DNA of 59,796 nucleotides, from IMG/VR virus record IMGVR_UViG_3300032214_001248, positions 1-59,796 of that record; one strand, 5' to 3'. A model generated the notes under the pieces. That model was not told the DNA's origin and did not search any database. It saw only the letters and a program-made list of their open reading frames with translations. How positions within the stretch are numbered: position 1 is the stretch's first letter; every line of letters starts with the position of its first letter. Position numbers and translations under genes: made by a program. Positions 48,570 to 57,440 of this stretch are shown here, one piece after another. This stretch comes from a virus (Duplodnaviria > Caudoviricetes).

Positions 48570-49321
48570 ACTCCGATTTCCATTTTAGCAAGAATATACT
48601 CTTTAACAAACCCAGACCTTACAATATCATCAACACCAAATTCAATAATATCAATTGAAGGCATTACTCGCAAAACCTTCATAAAATCAATAATACCATT
48701 CTTCTCGTTTGTTTTGATTAGGTCAGATTGAGTAGCATCACCACAGAACATAATCTTAGAATTTTCACCAACACGAGTAATGATTGAATCCAATTCGTGG
48801 AAGTTTAAATTCTGAAACTCATCTACAATAATGATTGCATTGTCCAGAGTAGTTCCCCTAATAAAAGAAGTACTCCAAAAACTAATCGTTCCTTGTGTTT
48901 TGAGGTTTCCATAGAGCATTTCAAACGATGCTTCATCAGGCAACTCGAACATATACTTTACCATATTCTTATATGGAATCTGATAAAGAGAAGACTTGTC
49001 TTCATGATCTCCCGGAAGGAATCCAATTTCACGAGTAGCAACAAGAGACCTTACAATATAAATTTTTTCATAAGGACTTCTTTCATCAAGAACATCTTGT
49101 AAAGCATTATACAGTGTAATAAATGTTTTACCTGTACCAGCACACCCATAAGCAACGATATGTTTGTTCTGTTCGTAAGATTCGAATAATGTTTTTTGAT
49201 TTTCTGTAAGAGGTTCAACCTCTCTCATTATATCACAACTAATTGGTTTCTTACGCTTCATTTGTCTAGTAGTCATACCAACTCCGATTGGTTGGTCGGA
49301 TGTCCTTTTTCTTCTTGCCAT
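48566..49321 (-). CDS. phoH: PhoH-family ATPase
   Basis: GCAGTGKT, IGFLPG, FIRGTTLDNAIIIVDEFQN, TRVGENSK, GDATQSDL and DIVRSG. Confidence 0.95.
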   Translation of the reverse strand: MARRKRTSDQPIGVGMTTRQMKRKKPISCDIMREVEPLTENQKTLFESYEQNKHIVAYGCAGTGKTFITLYNALQDVLDERSPYEKIYIVRSLVATREIGFLPGDHEDKSSLYQIPYKNMVKYMFELPDEASFEMLYGNLKTQGTISFWSTSFIRGTTLDNAIIIVDEFQNLNFHELDSIITRVGENSKIMFCGDATQSDLIKTNEKNGIIDFMKVLRVMPSIDIIEFGVDDIVRSGFVKEYILAKMEIGV

Positions 49322-49327
49322 ATAAAA

Positions 49328-49576
49328 TTAGATTGGTTTTACTTTTGATCCGGGAGCCTTTGATGCTTGATGTAGAACATCATTCCATCCTGGATGAGAT
49401 TTTTTCAGTCTATCATAAACTTCACCCAACTCTCCAGAACTTGGACAAGTAGATGGATCACTCCAATCACGATCCCATTCTGGATTATCTTTTTTCCATT
49501 GGTCCCAATCGTGAACACTCATTATCACATCTTTTTGTTCACCAGTGACTTTATTATAAACAGGGTACGTTGCCAA
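49328..49576 (-). CDS. conserved small T4-like protein (FmdB-like)
   Basis: MATYPVYNKVTGE...GWNDVL......PGS. Confidence 0.65.
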   Translation of the reverse strand: MATYPVYNKVTGEQKDVIMSVHDWDQWKKDNPEWDRDWSDPSTCPSSGELGEVYDRLKKSHPGWNDVLHQASKAPGSKVKPI

Positions 49577-49605
49577 CTTTATGCCTCCATAGTGTGTAAG
49601 GATAT

Positions 49606-49764
49606 TTATTCAATAGTGATGGAAGGTGCATCATCGCACTCTACACAATCAATACATTCATCCATATCTGGATTTTCTTTAAGAAACTTTTGAAAATCTT
49701 CTTTACTTAAAAGAATTTTGAATATATGTCCAGTCAAATGATCTTTGATGCACCAACTTTTCAT
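49606..49764 (-). CDS. small hypothetical protein with CxxCxxC
   Basis: ATG at 49764 preceded by GGAG; MKSWCIKD...ECIDCVECDDAPSITIE. Confidence 0.6.
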   Translation of the reverse strand: MKSWCIKDHLTGHIFKILLSKEDFQKFLKENPDMDECIDCVECDDAPSITIE

Positions 49765-49949
49765 TTTATCTCCGAAGAATAATTTGAGATTATTTTGTTT
49801 ATATGTTGTATAAAAGATGATAAATCCAAATCCATTTTCATAGAATTGCAAGTTGGACAACAAGAAACACAATTTTCATAGATATATCCTTTTGTATTAT
49901 CTTGTCTATCAATTTCCCAATGTGGAAATTTATTTATGTATTCACTACA
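49761..49949 (-). pseudogene. truncated HNH-type endonuclease remnant
   Basis: Frame with no start codon: CSEYINKFPHWEIDRQDNTKGYIYENCVSCCPTCNSMKMDLDLSSFIQHINKII...; preceded by an in-frame TAA. Confidence 0.75.
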
Positions 49950-49954
49950 TTATA

Positions 49955-50614
49955 TCAAATTTTCCATTCAATTTCAACACCACCCAATGCTTCTGCAGTC
50001 GTTGGAAACTGTTCACAGAATATTTCTTTACAAAGTTTAGCAATATCCATATGTTCTTTTTGAGTTCCATTTTTTTCACGAAGTGCGATGTATGTTATCC
50101 ATGACCTTACAGAACCGGTCATATAGAGGCGTGTGGGCGTTGCTAGAGGCAGAACGAACCTTGCACACTCCTTTGCCACGCCGTGCTCTAGAAGGCGGTT
50201 GTAGAGGCGTAGAGAGTGCTCAAAATGAACGCGGATATCTTCTGTTAGTGTCAGCTTCAAATAGTCTGGAATGTCGTCAATACTGTTCTGACGATTCTTA
50301 GTATCCTGACGGCGAAGTTCAGGAAGAGGAATAGATTTTCCTAGCAGACTTGCATCAGCATACCGCTGCGAAAATTCCTGAAATGTAAAACTCCTATGTC
50401 GAAGTATTTGAGCTGCTACACCGCGTGTAGTATTAATCTCAACAGTCATTGTTGCCTGTTCAAAAATACTCCAGTGTTGATGCTTAATACAATACTTAAG
50501 TAGTCCAGAGAAATTATCATTCTCTTGGTTATTTGGATTACTTACACGAGCACAATATGCCATGTGCTTCTCTGCATCAGGAGTAACACTAATTAGTTTT
50601 ACTTCTGGTTTCAT
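49955..50614 (-). CDS. thyX: flavin-dependent thymidylate synthase ThyX
   Basis: AYCARVS, HQHWSIFEQ, QILRHRSFTFQEFSQRY and GVAKECARFVLP; start taken at MKPEVKLIS (50614). Confidence 0.95.
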   Translation of the reverse strand: MKPEVKLISVTPDAEKHMAYCARVSNPNNQENDNFSGLLKYCIKHQHWSIFEQATMTVEINTTRGVAAQILRHRSFTFQEFSQRYADASLLGKSIPLPELRRQDTKNRQNSIDDIPDYLKLTLTEDIRVHFEHSLRLYNRLLEHGVAKECARFVLPLATPTRLYMTGSVRSWITYIALREKNGTQKEHMDIAKLCKEIFCEQFPTTAEALGGVEIEWKI

Positions 50615-50627
50615 TAGTTCGTAGTCT

Positions 50628-50795
50628 TCAAACTTCATCGTCATAAAATACTTCGTCGTAATCTGAAATGTATCGGGAAATTTCTTCATATTGTGGAGGT
50701 TTGTATTCATCCACATCAGAATTAATTTCCGACTTAAGACATTCTACTAGAGATTCAAGATTTTGTACAATTAGCTTAAGCTTTTCTTTATCCAT
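50628..50795 (-). CDS. small acidic hypothetical protein (55 aa)
   Basis: Not in ORF track. MDKEKLKLIVQNLESLVECLKSEINSDVDEY...DYDEVFYDDEV, downstream of an early promoter. Confidence 0.7.
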   Translation of the reverse strand: MDKEKLKLIVQNLESLVECLKSEINSDVDEYKPPQYEEISRYISDYDEVFYDDEV

Positions 50796-50818
50796 TCATA
50801 TCAACCCGGACAAAGGTA

Positions 50819-50853
50819 ATTATACACAAAAAAAGAGGGGTAGTCAACCCCTC
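50819..50853 (-). promoter_or_regulatory. combined terminator and early promoter cassette, copy 1
   Basis: GAGGGGT-TGACT-ACCCCTC-TTTTTTT hairpin overlapping TTGACT-N17-TATAAT. Confidence 0.8.
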
Positions 50854-50858
50854 CTATA

Positions 50859-51356
50859 TTATGCCAAAGATTTAGATAGTTCTGAGAGAATGGAATACGC
50901 AGTATCCTGAGGAACATCAGTAAATTGAGCATTCATTTTTTTCCCCTGAATAATAATTACACACATATCATCCGAAGATGGTTCTGGGATAGTTCCAATA
51001 ATAGTTGAGGTTCCATCTTGATTTTCAGAAAAAACTAATTGTCCAATTACAGACTCTGAAAAAATATTAGGAAGTTTATTTCTATATCCATCCCAATCTG
51101 GAAGAAGTTTATGATTGTTAAATCTTGAAGAAATCATATCAGTAACTTTCATTGACTCAATTTCCGTGAAATAGGGCCAGTGCTTTTTAATAATATTTTT
51201 AATTCCTCTCAGACTTTTACTAGATGGAGTTCTTGCTACTTGACCCGCAAGTGCTTCTTTAATAATATTTCTCCACATTTTTAAAAATTCTGTTTCAAAA
51301 TGAGGATACTTTTCATACAAATCTTTAACTTTTAATCCAAGAGTTTTTGAAGCCAT
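50859..51356 (-). CDS. orphan hypothetical protein flanked by direct repeats
   Basis: AT-rich ORF. Start taken at MASKTLG (51356) because the longer ORF-track start runs through the promoter. Confidence 0.7.
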   Translation of the reverse strand: MASKTLGLKVKDLYEKYPHFETEFLKMWRNIIKEALAGQVARTPSSKSLRGIKNIIKKHWPYFTEIESMKVTDMISSRFNNHKLLPDWDGYRNKLPNIFSESVIGQLVFSENQDGTSTIIGTIPEPSSDDMCVIIIQGKKMNAQFTDVPQDTAYSILSELSKSLA

Positions 51357-51378
51357 AGTAAAATAAAAAACTAAATCC

Positions 51379-51414
51379 ATCATACACAAAAAAAGAGGGG
51401 TAGTCAACCCCCTC
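51379..51414 (-). promoter_or_regulatory. combined terminator and early promoter cassette, copy 2
   Basis: 30 bp identical to copy 1 (51382-51411 = 50822-50851); TTGACT-N17-TATGAT. Confidence 0.8.
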
Positions 51415-51418
51415 GTTC

Positions 51419-51739
51419 TCAATCTCTTTGTCTCCAGTCATCTGGTTTATCTTCAGTGAAAAAATCTATAATATCATCAACTGTATCAAATCCAGACACT
51501 CCTTTGGACTCGTGACCAATTCCACCAATATCAAGTTGGTTTAAAAAATCATCCAATCCACCTTCTTGCATATCGGGATTTTCTGCTTTCCGTCTTGCTT
51601 GACGAAGCAGTGTACCAGCACTTCTATTTGCCTGGGCAAGTTTCTCTGCCCAGATTATTTCGTTTAATTCTACTAATTCACCTTTTACAATTCGTTCACA
51701 TATTGCTTCTAGACGTAAACGATATTGAGTAGAGAGCAT
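51419..51739 (-). CDS. conserved cyanophage hypothetical protein
   Basis: MLSTQYRLRLEAIC...DDWRQRD. Confidence 0.75.
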   Translation of the reverse strand: MLSTQYRLRLEAICERIVKGELVELNEIIWAEKLAQANRSAGTLLRQARRKAENPDMQEGGLDDFLNQLDIGGIGHESKGVSGFDTVDDIIDFFTEDKPDDWRQRD

Positions 51740-51766
51740 ATATTTCTCCAGATATAGTGTATTTAT

Positions 51767-52093
51767 TTACCGCTCAATATAACTCAGAGTATGATTCTGA
51801 GCATAAAGTTGTTGAATAATGATATCACAACCAATCTTAGGATTGCAATCACCACAAGTATAGACATCCACTGCCGCTTTACCTTCTTCAGGCCAGGTAT
51901 GAATTGAGATATGACTTTCTGAAAGCAAACAAATGACAGTGACCCCCTGCGGTTCAAACTTTTTTGAGATAGTCTGAATCACAGTGGCACCGCTGGCAGA
52001 TGCTGCGTTTTCTAGTAAGTCTATAAGACAACGCTCGTCGTCCAAAAGGACAAACGAGCATCCGTACAAGTTAAGTAAGTAATGCTTCCCCAT
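51767..52093 (-). CDS. speD: S-adenosylmethionine decarboxylase proenzyme
   Basis: KFEPQGVT..CLLSESHISIHTWPE.G.AAVDVYTCG. Confidence 0.95.
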   Translation of the reverse strand: MGKHYLLNLYGCSFVLLDDERCLIDLLENAASASGATVIQTISKKFEPQGVTVICLLSESHISIHTWPEEGKAAVDVYTCGDCNPKIGCDIIIQQLYAQNHTLSYIER

Positions 52094-52094
52094 T

Positions 52095-52307
52095 TTACAG
52101 TGGATTCTCCTCCGCTTCCTTTATTAATGAACTGACAATATCTTCTGTTCCGTCCATCGTTTTGATAGCATACAGAGATGATTTTTTGTATTTTTTAATT
52201 TTTCTATATTGCTTTAAGATAATATCTATATTATCCAAATCTATAGTGATATTAGCATCTTTGCCAATTCTATTTTCTTTTCCTTGTCCACCAAATCCAG
52301 CAGTCAT
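52095..52307 (-). CDS. hypothetical protein
   Basis: 70-aa ORF tightly packed in the operon. Confidence 0.6.
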   Translation of the reverse strand: MTAGFGGQGKENRIGKDANITIDLDNIDIILKQYRKIKKYKKSSLYAIKTMDGTEDIVSSLIKEAEENPL

Positions 52308-52657
52308 TTTCTTTTTTTCTTTTCAGGTGCCTTATATCCCCACAGTTTGGGGTTTACTCTTCCATATCCAAAATCAATTTTCTTAATAGAACCCGAACCA
52401 TACTTATCATAGTACATATCAAAAAGACTTACTTTTTTTGCTGTACGACAAAGATCAATAAACTCTTCCCCATCAACAACATACCAAACAAGATATGCAT
52501 CTGATGGGAATGAAGGATCGTTTGCTTGTTGTAGGGTTGTTTTTTCTAAAACAATTTCGCATCCATATTGGGCAGCAACAATTTTTTTAGATTCTTGTTT
52601 TTTTTCTGCCATCTTTTTTCCCTTCTCTGCAACTACTGTCATGAACGACCACCCCAT
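52304..52657 (-). CDS. conserved cyanophage hypothetical protein
   Basis: PSDAYLVWY...FDMYYDKYG...GYGRVNPKLWG; start uncertain. Confidence 0.7.
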   Translation of the reverse strand: MGWSFMTVVAEKGKKMAEKKQESKKIVAAQYGCEIVLEKTTLQQANDPSFPSDAYLVWYVVDGEEFIDLCRTAKKVSLFDMYYDKYGSGSIKKIDFGYGRVNPKLWGYKAPEKKKRK

Positions 52658-53229
52658 TGAATATCGGGATATGCATCTTTTACATTGTCAAAACTAATTT
52701 TATATTTATCTGTCAGTTTTTTATCTTTAACTAAACAGATAAGTTCTGCCTCTTTTGGATGCAAACCTTGCAAAATATTAATAAACATTGTTTCTCTACG
52801 GATAGAACTCAATCCATTATTACCACCCTTTACAAAATTATAAAACATTTGATATTCTTTTCGAATCGAAGATCTACCCTGATCCATAGATCCCAAAGAA
52901 TTTGAACTCAATTCATCCATTTTAGATACTGCATCTTGAACTTTAGAACTTAAAGTTCCACTATAAGATGTCTGTTCACCAGTACTTGCATACGGAACAT
53001 CACCTTCAGGAAGAAGAGTAATTATAGATTCATCAAAGTTCCAAATTAAAACAGTTTTAAGAGAGGGGTCATCATAAATTTTTAGGACTTCCACTTTCTT
53101 TGCGTTACTTCTTTGCTTTGATGCAAGTTCTAAAATTTCAAATATAAACGGATTAGTTGGAAGAGCTTCTATTGATTTTTCAGATGAGGTGCTCTTAGTT
53201 TTTGTTACAGTCATAAATTTCAATTGCAA
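52639..53229 (-). CDS. conserved T4-like hypothetical protein
   Basis: LLPEGDVPY...RRETMFINILQGLHPKEAELICLVKDKKL. Confidence 0.75.
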   Translation of the reverse strand: MQLKFMTVTKTKSTSSEKSIEALPTNPFIFEILELASKQRSNAKKVEVLKIYDDPSLKTVLIWNFDESIITLLPEGDVPYASTGEQTSYSGTLSSKVQDAVSKMDELSSNSLGSMDQGRSSIRKEYQMFYNFVKGGNNGLSSIRRETMFINILQGLHPKEAELICLVKDKKLTDKYKISFDNVKDAYPDIQWGGRS

Positions 53230-53261
53230 TTGCCTAGATTTAACATATTTAGTTGTATTTT

Positions 53262-53495
53262 TTAATCGTCTTCTTCATCAAATTCTTCATCATCATCAAA
53301 ATATCCTTCTTCAAATCTAACGGAAACAACTTCATCGGGTATGATTTGTCCGTTTTCATCAAAAAACTCTGGGTGTAGATATGGAGTCTTTGATTCTAGT
53401 AGATGCCTATAAGTCAACCAACCTATTATACTACCAACCATAAAAAAGAGCAAAGTAAACATTATAGTAAATGTTATTGCATATGCGGTGTCCAT
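53262..53495 (-). CDS. small membrane-anchored hypothetical protein
   Basis: N-terminal hydrophobic helix, HPEFFDENG and an acidic tail. Confidence 0.7.
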   Translation of the reverse strand: MDTAYAITFTIMFTLLFFMVGSIIGWLTYRHLLESKTPYLHPEFFDENGQIIPDEVVSVRFEEGYFDDDEEFDEEDD

Positions 53496-53512
53496 TTATT
53501 TTCTCCAGAGAG

Positions 53513-53755
53513 CTAATTTTTCTTAATATCAAAGTGAAATTCTATAAAGAAATGAAACTCTCTACGAAAGAGAGAAATCATTTTACCAAACTTCACTTGA
53601 AAAGTTTTTGGTTTTGATGACTCCCTCTTCCTCCTATTCCTAAGTAGTAATTCAACTCCCCGATTAATTTCGGGTTCAAATTTATTTAGTTTGTTTTTTC
53701 CTTCTTCCTGGTCGTTTATCATGATTATATTTCCAAGCGTCTTCGAGAATTGCAT
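53513..53755 (-). CDS. small basic hypothetical protein
   Basis: INRGVELLLRNRR...FGKMISLFRREFHF; the true start is probably downstream of the ORF-track start. Confidence 0.55.
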   Translation of the reverse strand: MQFSKTLGNIIMINDQEEGKNKLNKFEPEINRGVELLLRNRRKRESSKPKTFQVKFGKMISLFRREFHFFIEFHFDIKKN

Positions 53756-54041
53756 AAAGATAATTTCTTATCTTTCTTGCTTGTGGTTTCGGAATATGCC
53801 CATAACCTTCACGAAGTTGTTTATGAATTTCGTCGGCACCACCTTCCAGATATTCGTCAAGATCCATTACAAGATTACTGATTTCACTTGCAGTACTACT
53901 TTCAATAAACTCTTCTACCTCACGCCTAAGTGTTCCACGAATTTTTAGATAATCATAAAACTTTAAAACAAATTGTCCATTGAAAGCAAGATCGATTGCT
54001 TTTTCAACGTCAAAATAAACTTCGTGAAAAGTAGATTCCAT
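53682..54041 (-). CDS. conserved cyanophage hypothetical protein
   Basis: LREGYGHIPKPQARKIRNYL..IL.DAWKY. Confidence 0.75.
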   Translation of the reverse strand: MESTFHEVYFDVEKAIDLAFNGQFVLKFYDYLKIRGTLRREVEEFIESSTASEISNLVMDLDEYLEGGADEIHKQLREGYGHIPKPQARKIRNYLYAILEDAWKYNHDKRPGRRKKQTK

Positions 54042-54280
54042 CAGACTAGATTTTGCTCTTTAAGATATTGGACCGTATCTGAACAACCACCAAGATGTTC
54101 TTGATCATTCAAAACAACCTGAGGAAACGTAGAACCTTGTCCGAATTGAGCATAAAACCCATCACGTTCAAAGTGTTCACCAAGATTGTAAACAACATGC
54201 TCAAGGTTTGCTAATTGCAATACCTGTTTGATTTTGCTGCAATATGGGCAACCATCTTTTGAATAAATTGTAAATTTCAT
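54041..54280 (-). CDS. nrdC: glutaredoxin
   Basis: YSKDGCPYC...TFPQV....HLGGC. Confidence 0.92.
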   Translation of the reverse strand: MKFTIYSKDGCPYCSKIKQVLQLANLEHVVYNLGEHFERDGFYAQFGQGSTFPQVVLNDQEHLGGCSDTVQYLKEQNLV

Positions 54281-54304
54281 ATTTTTTAAAGTATATAAGG
54301 TAAT

Positions 54305-54568
54305 TTATACGATCACAGGTTCTGCCATTCTTTCTGGCAAAATATTTTGCGATTTAAGTTGATTGTCATCTTCCATTCTTGTTGATGGAATATTTACAAC
54401 TTGATCAAGAAGAATCTTAACTTGTCTATAAGTTCTCCCTTCCACAAAAGATACCATCACCATAGCATCCTGAACTGTTGCGGTATCGCAGATTTTTTTA
54501 CCATTTTTATCAAATACCGAATAATGATCAGTGTATTCAATCTGCTGAAGTTTTTGTATCTGATTCAT
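54305..54568 (-). CDS. hypothetical protein
   Basis: Part of the ORF-track 115-aa frame; start moved to an internal ATG to reduce overlap with the upstream small gene. Confidence 0.55.
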   Translation of the reverse strand: MNQIQKLQQIEYTDHYSVFDKNGKKICDTATVQDAMVMVSFVEGRTYRQVKILLDQVVNIPSTRMEDDNQLKSQNILPERMAEPVIV

Positions 54569-54680
54569 TTGATGTAGATGGTGGTTTTTCATTATAAGTC
54601 TTTTTTGGTGTGGTGTAAAGACCAGGCCAAGTGTCTCTAATAATTTCTGCAAGTTTATATGGAGTTGTTGAATTTATCAT
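54537..54680 (-). CDS. small hypothetical protein (47 aa)
   Basis: Not in ORF track. ATGA overlap with the HNH stop; MINSTTPYKLAEIIRDTWPGLY... Confidence 0.55.
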   Translation of the reverse strand: MINSTTPYKLAEIIRDTWPGLYTTPKKTYNEKPPSTSNESDTKTSAD

Positions 54681-55048
54681 GAAGCATTATTTCTTCTTGG
54701 GCGATAACTATAAAGATTTGTTGGTTTTGGCGGTTTCATCCAGTCTTCTATTTTATTCAAACTATCTTCATTATAGAAGTCTTGTTGGACATACCATAAC
54801 TTCCAATACTCATGCCCTTTAGATTGATTGCAAGAATGACAACAGCACACCACATTTCTTGTGATATCTAAACCACCTTTTGATTGTGGAACAACGTGGT
54901 CTAATGTTAGATTTTCTTCAGAGTCACAGTAAGCACATTTGTGACTCCAACTTTCTTTTATGTGTTTTCTCCACAATCGTTTTGCTTCGGATGAACTTGT
55001 TGTCTGCAAATTAAACAAGTAATCTTGAGGCGACTGGAGAATATCCAT
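54677..55048 (-). CDS. HNH endonuclease (short, McrA-like)
   Basis: CAYC.....LTLDHVVPQSKGG.D...NVVCCC.SCNQSKG. Confidence 0.9.
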   Translation of the reverse strand: MDILQSPQDYLFNLQTTSSSEAKRLWRKHIKESWSHKCAYCDSEENLTLDHVVPQSKGGLDITRNVVCCCHSCNQSKGHEYWKLWYVQQDFYNEDSLNKIEDWMKPPKPTNLYSYRPRRNNAS

Positions 55049-55076
55049 AAGTACATGCGACTTGTGAATATTTATT

Positions 55077-56099
55077 TTATCTTACATGATGCCCACCAAA
55101 CATATAACGCATTCCATTTAGGATTTTTGCTCCGAATGATCCGAGATTGCGTGAGTTAAATCTTTCAAATAGGGCAGTAGTAATAACAGGAGCGGGAACC
55201 CCCAAGTCCACAGCGGCAGAAACAGTCCAACGACCCTCACCGCTGTCGGATACGCCTCCAGAGAACTGTTCAAGGCGACCATCCCTGCGTAGCACATCAG
55301 CAGTAAGGTCAAGTAGCCAAGACCCAACCACGCTACCACGGCGCCATAACTCAGCAACTTCAGCAACATCAATATCATAGCAGTAACTTTCTGGGTCTGC
55401 CATAGGGGCAACCTCTGCGTCTCCTTCTCTAACATACTGAGCACCTGCGTTTGCATTCTTAATAATATTGAATCCTTCAGCATACGCTTGCATAATACCA
55501 TACTCAATACCATTATGCACCATCTTCACAAAGTGTCCTGCTCCAGGACCACCGCAATGCAACCAACCGTATTCGGCAGAAGTTACATCAGATGTTGGAT
55601 CCGTTCTATGGCAGGAGTGAATATCTGGGGAGAGGGCGGAGAATATCTTTGAACAAGTGGCGACTGCAGTATCTCCACCTCCAACCATAAGACAGTATCC
55701 ACGATCCAGACCATAAACACCACCGCTAGTGCCACAATCAATATATTGGATACCCATCTTTGCCAAACGTTCTGCTCTTTTCCGACTGTCTTTAAAATTG
55801 CTATTGCCATGATCAATAATAATATCTCCTTCACTACAATATCGTAGTAACTCATTGATTGTCTCCTCTACTGTTTCGGCAGGTACAACCATCTGAAAGA
55901 TACCTGGTTTATTTTGTCCCTTGACTACTTGAACAAGGCTTTGTATAGAATTTGCAACTCCATTAACATATCCGTTTTCGTAGGCTTCTTGTGCTTTTTC
56001 ATAGTTTCTCCGATAACCCCAAACTTCAATTCCTGCTTTCATCATACGACGGGACATACCTTCGCCCATCCGCCCAAGACCAATTAATCCTACTTTCAT
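55077..56099 (-). CDS. gnd: 6-phosphogluconate dehydrogenase (short type)
   Basis: GLIGLGRMG, IIDHGNS, DCGTSGG, GAGHFVKMVHNGIEYG and DSGEGRW. Confidence 0.97.
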   Translation of the reverse strand: MKVGLIGLGRMGEGMSRRMMKAGIEVWGYRRNYEKAQEAYENGYVNGVANSIQSLVQVVKGQNKPGIFQMVVPAETVEETINELLRYCSEGDIIIDHGNSNFKDSRKRAERLAKMGIQYIDCGTSGGVYGLDRGYCLMVGGGDTAVATCSKIFSALSPDIHSCHRTDPTSDVTSAEYGWLHCGGPGAGHFVKMVHNGIEYGIMQAYAEGFNIIKNANAGAQYVREGDAEVAPMADPESYCYDIDVAEVAELWRRGSVVGSWLLDLTADVLRRDGRLEQFSGGVSDSGEGRWTVSAAVDLGVPAPVITTALFERFNSRNLGSFGAKILNGMRYMFGGHHVR

Positions 56100-56108
56100 T
56101 TTTTACTC

Positions 56109-57440
56109 CTATTTTAATTTGAGTGGATAGTCCCACTTAGTAACAAGTTCTGTTTTTTGAAATGGTCCCCAATTTCCTGGAGAATAAAGATATGGCATTG
56201 TCATAATACGACAATGATCTCCAGTACATAAAAGATCATCAACAATTCTCCAAGATTCCAACACTTCATCAGCATGAACGAAGTGTGATTGATCTTCATT
56301 TACTGCATCATAAAATAGTTTTACATATCCATCAATTGCTTTTTCTACTGGATAATGATACTGAAGAAGTGCTGATTCTACTTTATCATTTAGTCCAGGA
56401 GATTTAATGTCAATACGCATATCTAAATGAGGATCTGGTTGCAATCTCATTACAATTCTATCGTTGCATTCGTGCCCATCAAATAACTGTTGTGGGGGAG
56501 ATCTAAATTTAATTACAACCTCAACACAATTTACAGGCATTTTTTTACCCGTCATAAAGTGAAATGGAACTCCTTTCCATCTCCAGTTATCAACATAAAG
56601 ATCTCCAGCAACAAAAGTTGGAGTTTGAGAACCTGGTGTTACTCCTTCCTCATTTTTATATTCATCATATTGTCCAAGAACTACATTATCACCAAGTCTA
56701 GTTGCGGCAAGAACCTTAACTTTTTCTCTGCGAATTTCTTTTGCATCATTTTTACAAGGAGGTTCCATTGCAATCAATGCAAGTACCTGAAGCATATGGT
56801 TTTGAAGCATATCTCTCACGGCACCAGCAGTATCATAATACTGAGCACGACCTTCACAACCAATTGTTTCAGTTGCAAAGATTTGAACTTCTTCTACGAA
56901 GTTTCTATTCCAAAGTGGTTCAAGAAGAATATTGCTAAAACGAGTGGCAAGAATGTTATTAACAGTATCTTTACCCAGATAATGGTCAATGCGATATACT
57001 TGTTTTTCGCGTAAATATCCAGCCACCACAGATTGTAAGTGATTAGCAGATTGAAGATCGGTGCCAAAAGGTTTCTCAATAATGACTCTAGATTTTTCTG
57101 CGTCATCTAATTTACCTGCCTCTTTTAGATTGGTAATTGCATCAACATATCTTTCTGGAGGAACTGATAGAAAATAAGTGGTGTCATCATAAGAATCTAT
57201 CAGTTTTAAAGATTCTAAATCACTCAGATCACAAGAAACATAATCAAGTCTTTTAATAAACTCTTGCGAATAATTACCTAAAGTTTCAACCCAACTCTCC
57301 TTACTGTGTTTAGTTCTGGAAGCACCAATAATTTTAAACCCTTTTGGTAAAAGATTTTTCTTGTGAAGAGTGTAAAGTGCTGGTATAAGTTTCCTTTTAC
57401 AAAGATCTCCAGTTGCTCCAAATATTACTATTGATTTCAT
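56109..57440 (-). CDS. zwf: glucose-6-phosphate dehydrogenase
   Basis: IFGATGDL, EKPFG, YRIDHYLGK, RDMLQNH and NWRWKGVPF. Confidence 0.97.
   Translation of the reverse strand: MKSIVIFGATGDLCKRKLIPALYTLHKKNLLPKGFKIIGASRTKHSKESWVETLGNYSQEFIKRLDYVSCDLSDLESLKLIDSYDDTTYFLSVPPERYVDAITNLKEAGKLDDAEKSRVIIEKPFGTDLQSANHLQSVVAGYLREKQVYRIDHYLGKDTVNNILATRFSNILLEPLWNRNFVEEVQIFATETIGCEGRAQYYDTAGAVRDMLQNHMLQVLALIAMEPPCKNDAKEIRREKVKVLAATRLGDNVVLGQYDEYKNEEGVTPGSQTPTFVAGDLYVDNWRWKGVPFHFMTGKKMPVNCVEVVIKFRSPPQQLFDGHECNDRIVMRLQPDPHLDMRIDIKSPGLNDKVESALLQYHYPVEKAIDGYVKLFYDAVNEDQSHFVHADEVLESWRIVDDLLCTGDHCRIMTMPYLYSPGNWGPFQKTELVTKWDYPLKLK

Noticed and set aside
50615-50716. N-terminal extension of ThyX in the ORF track
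   Set aside because: It overlaps a more plausible 55-aa gene in another frame; ThyX similarity begins at MKPEVKLIS
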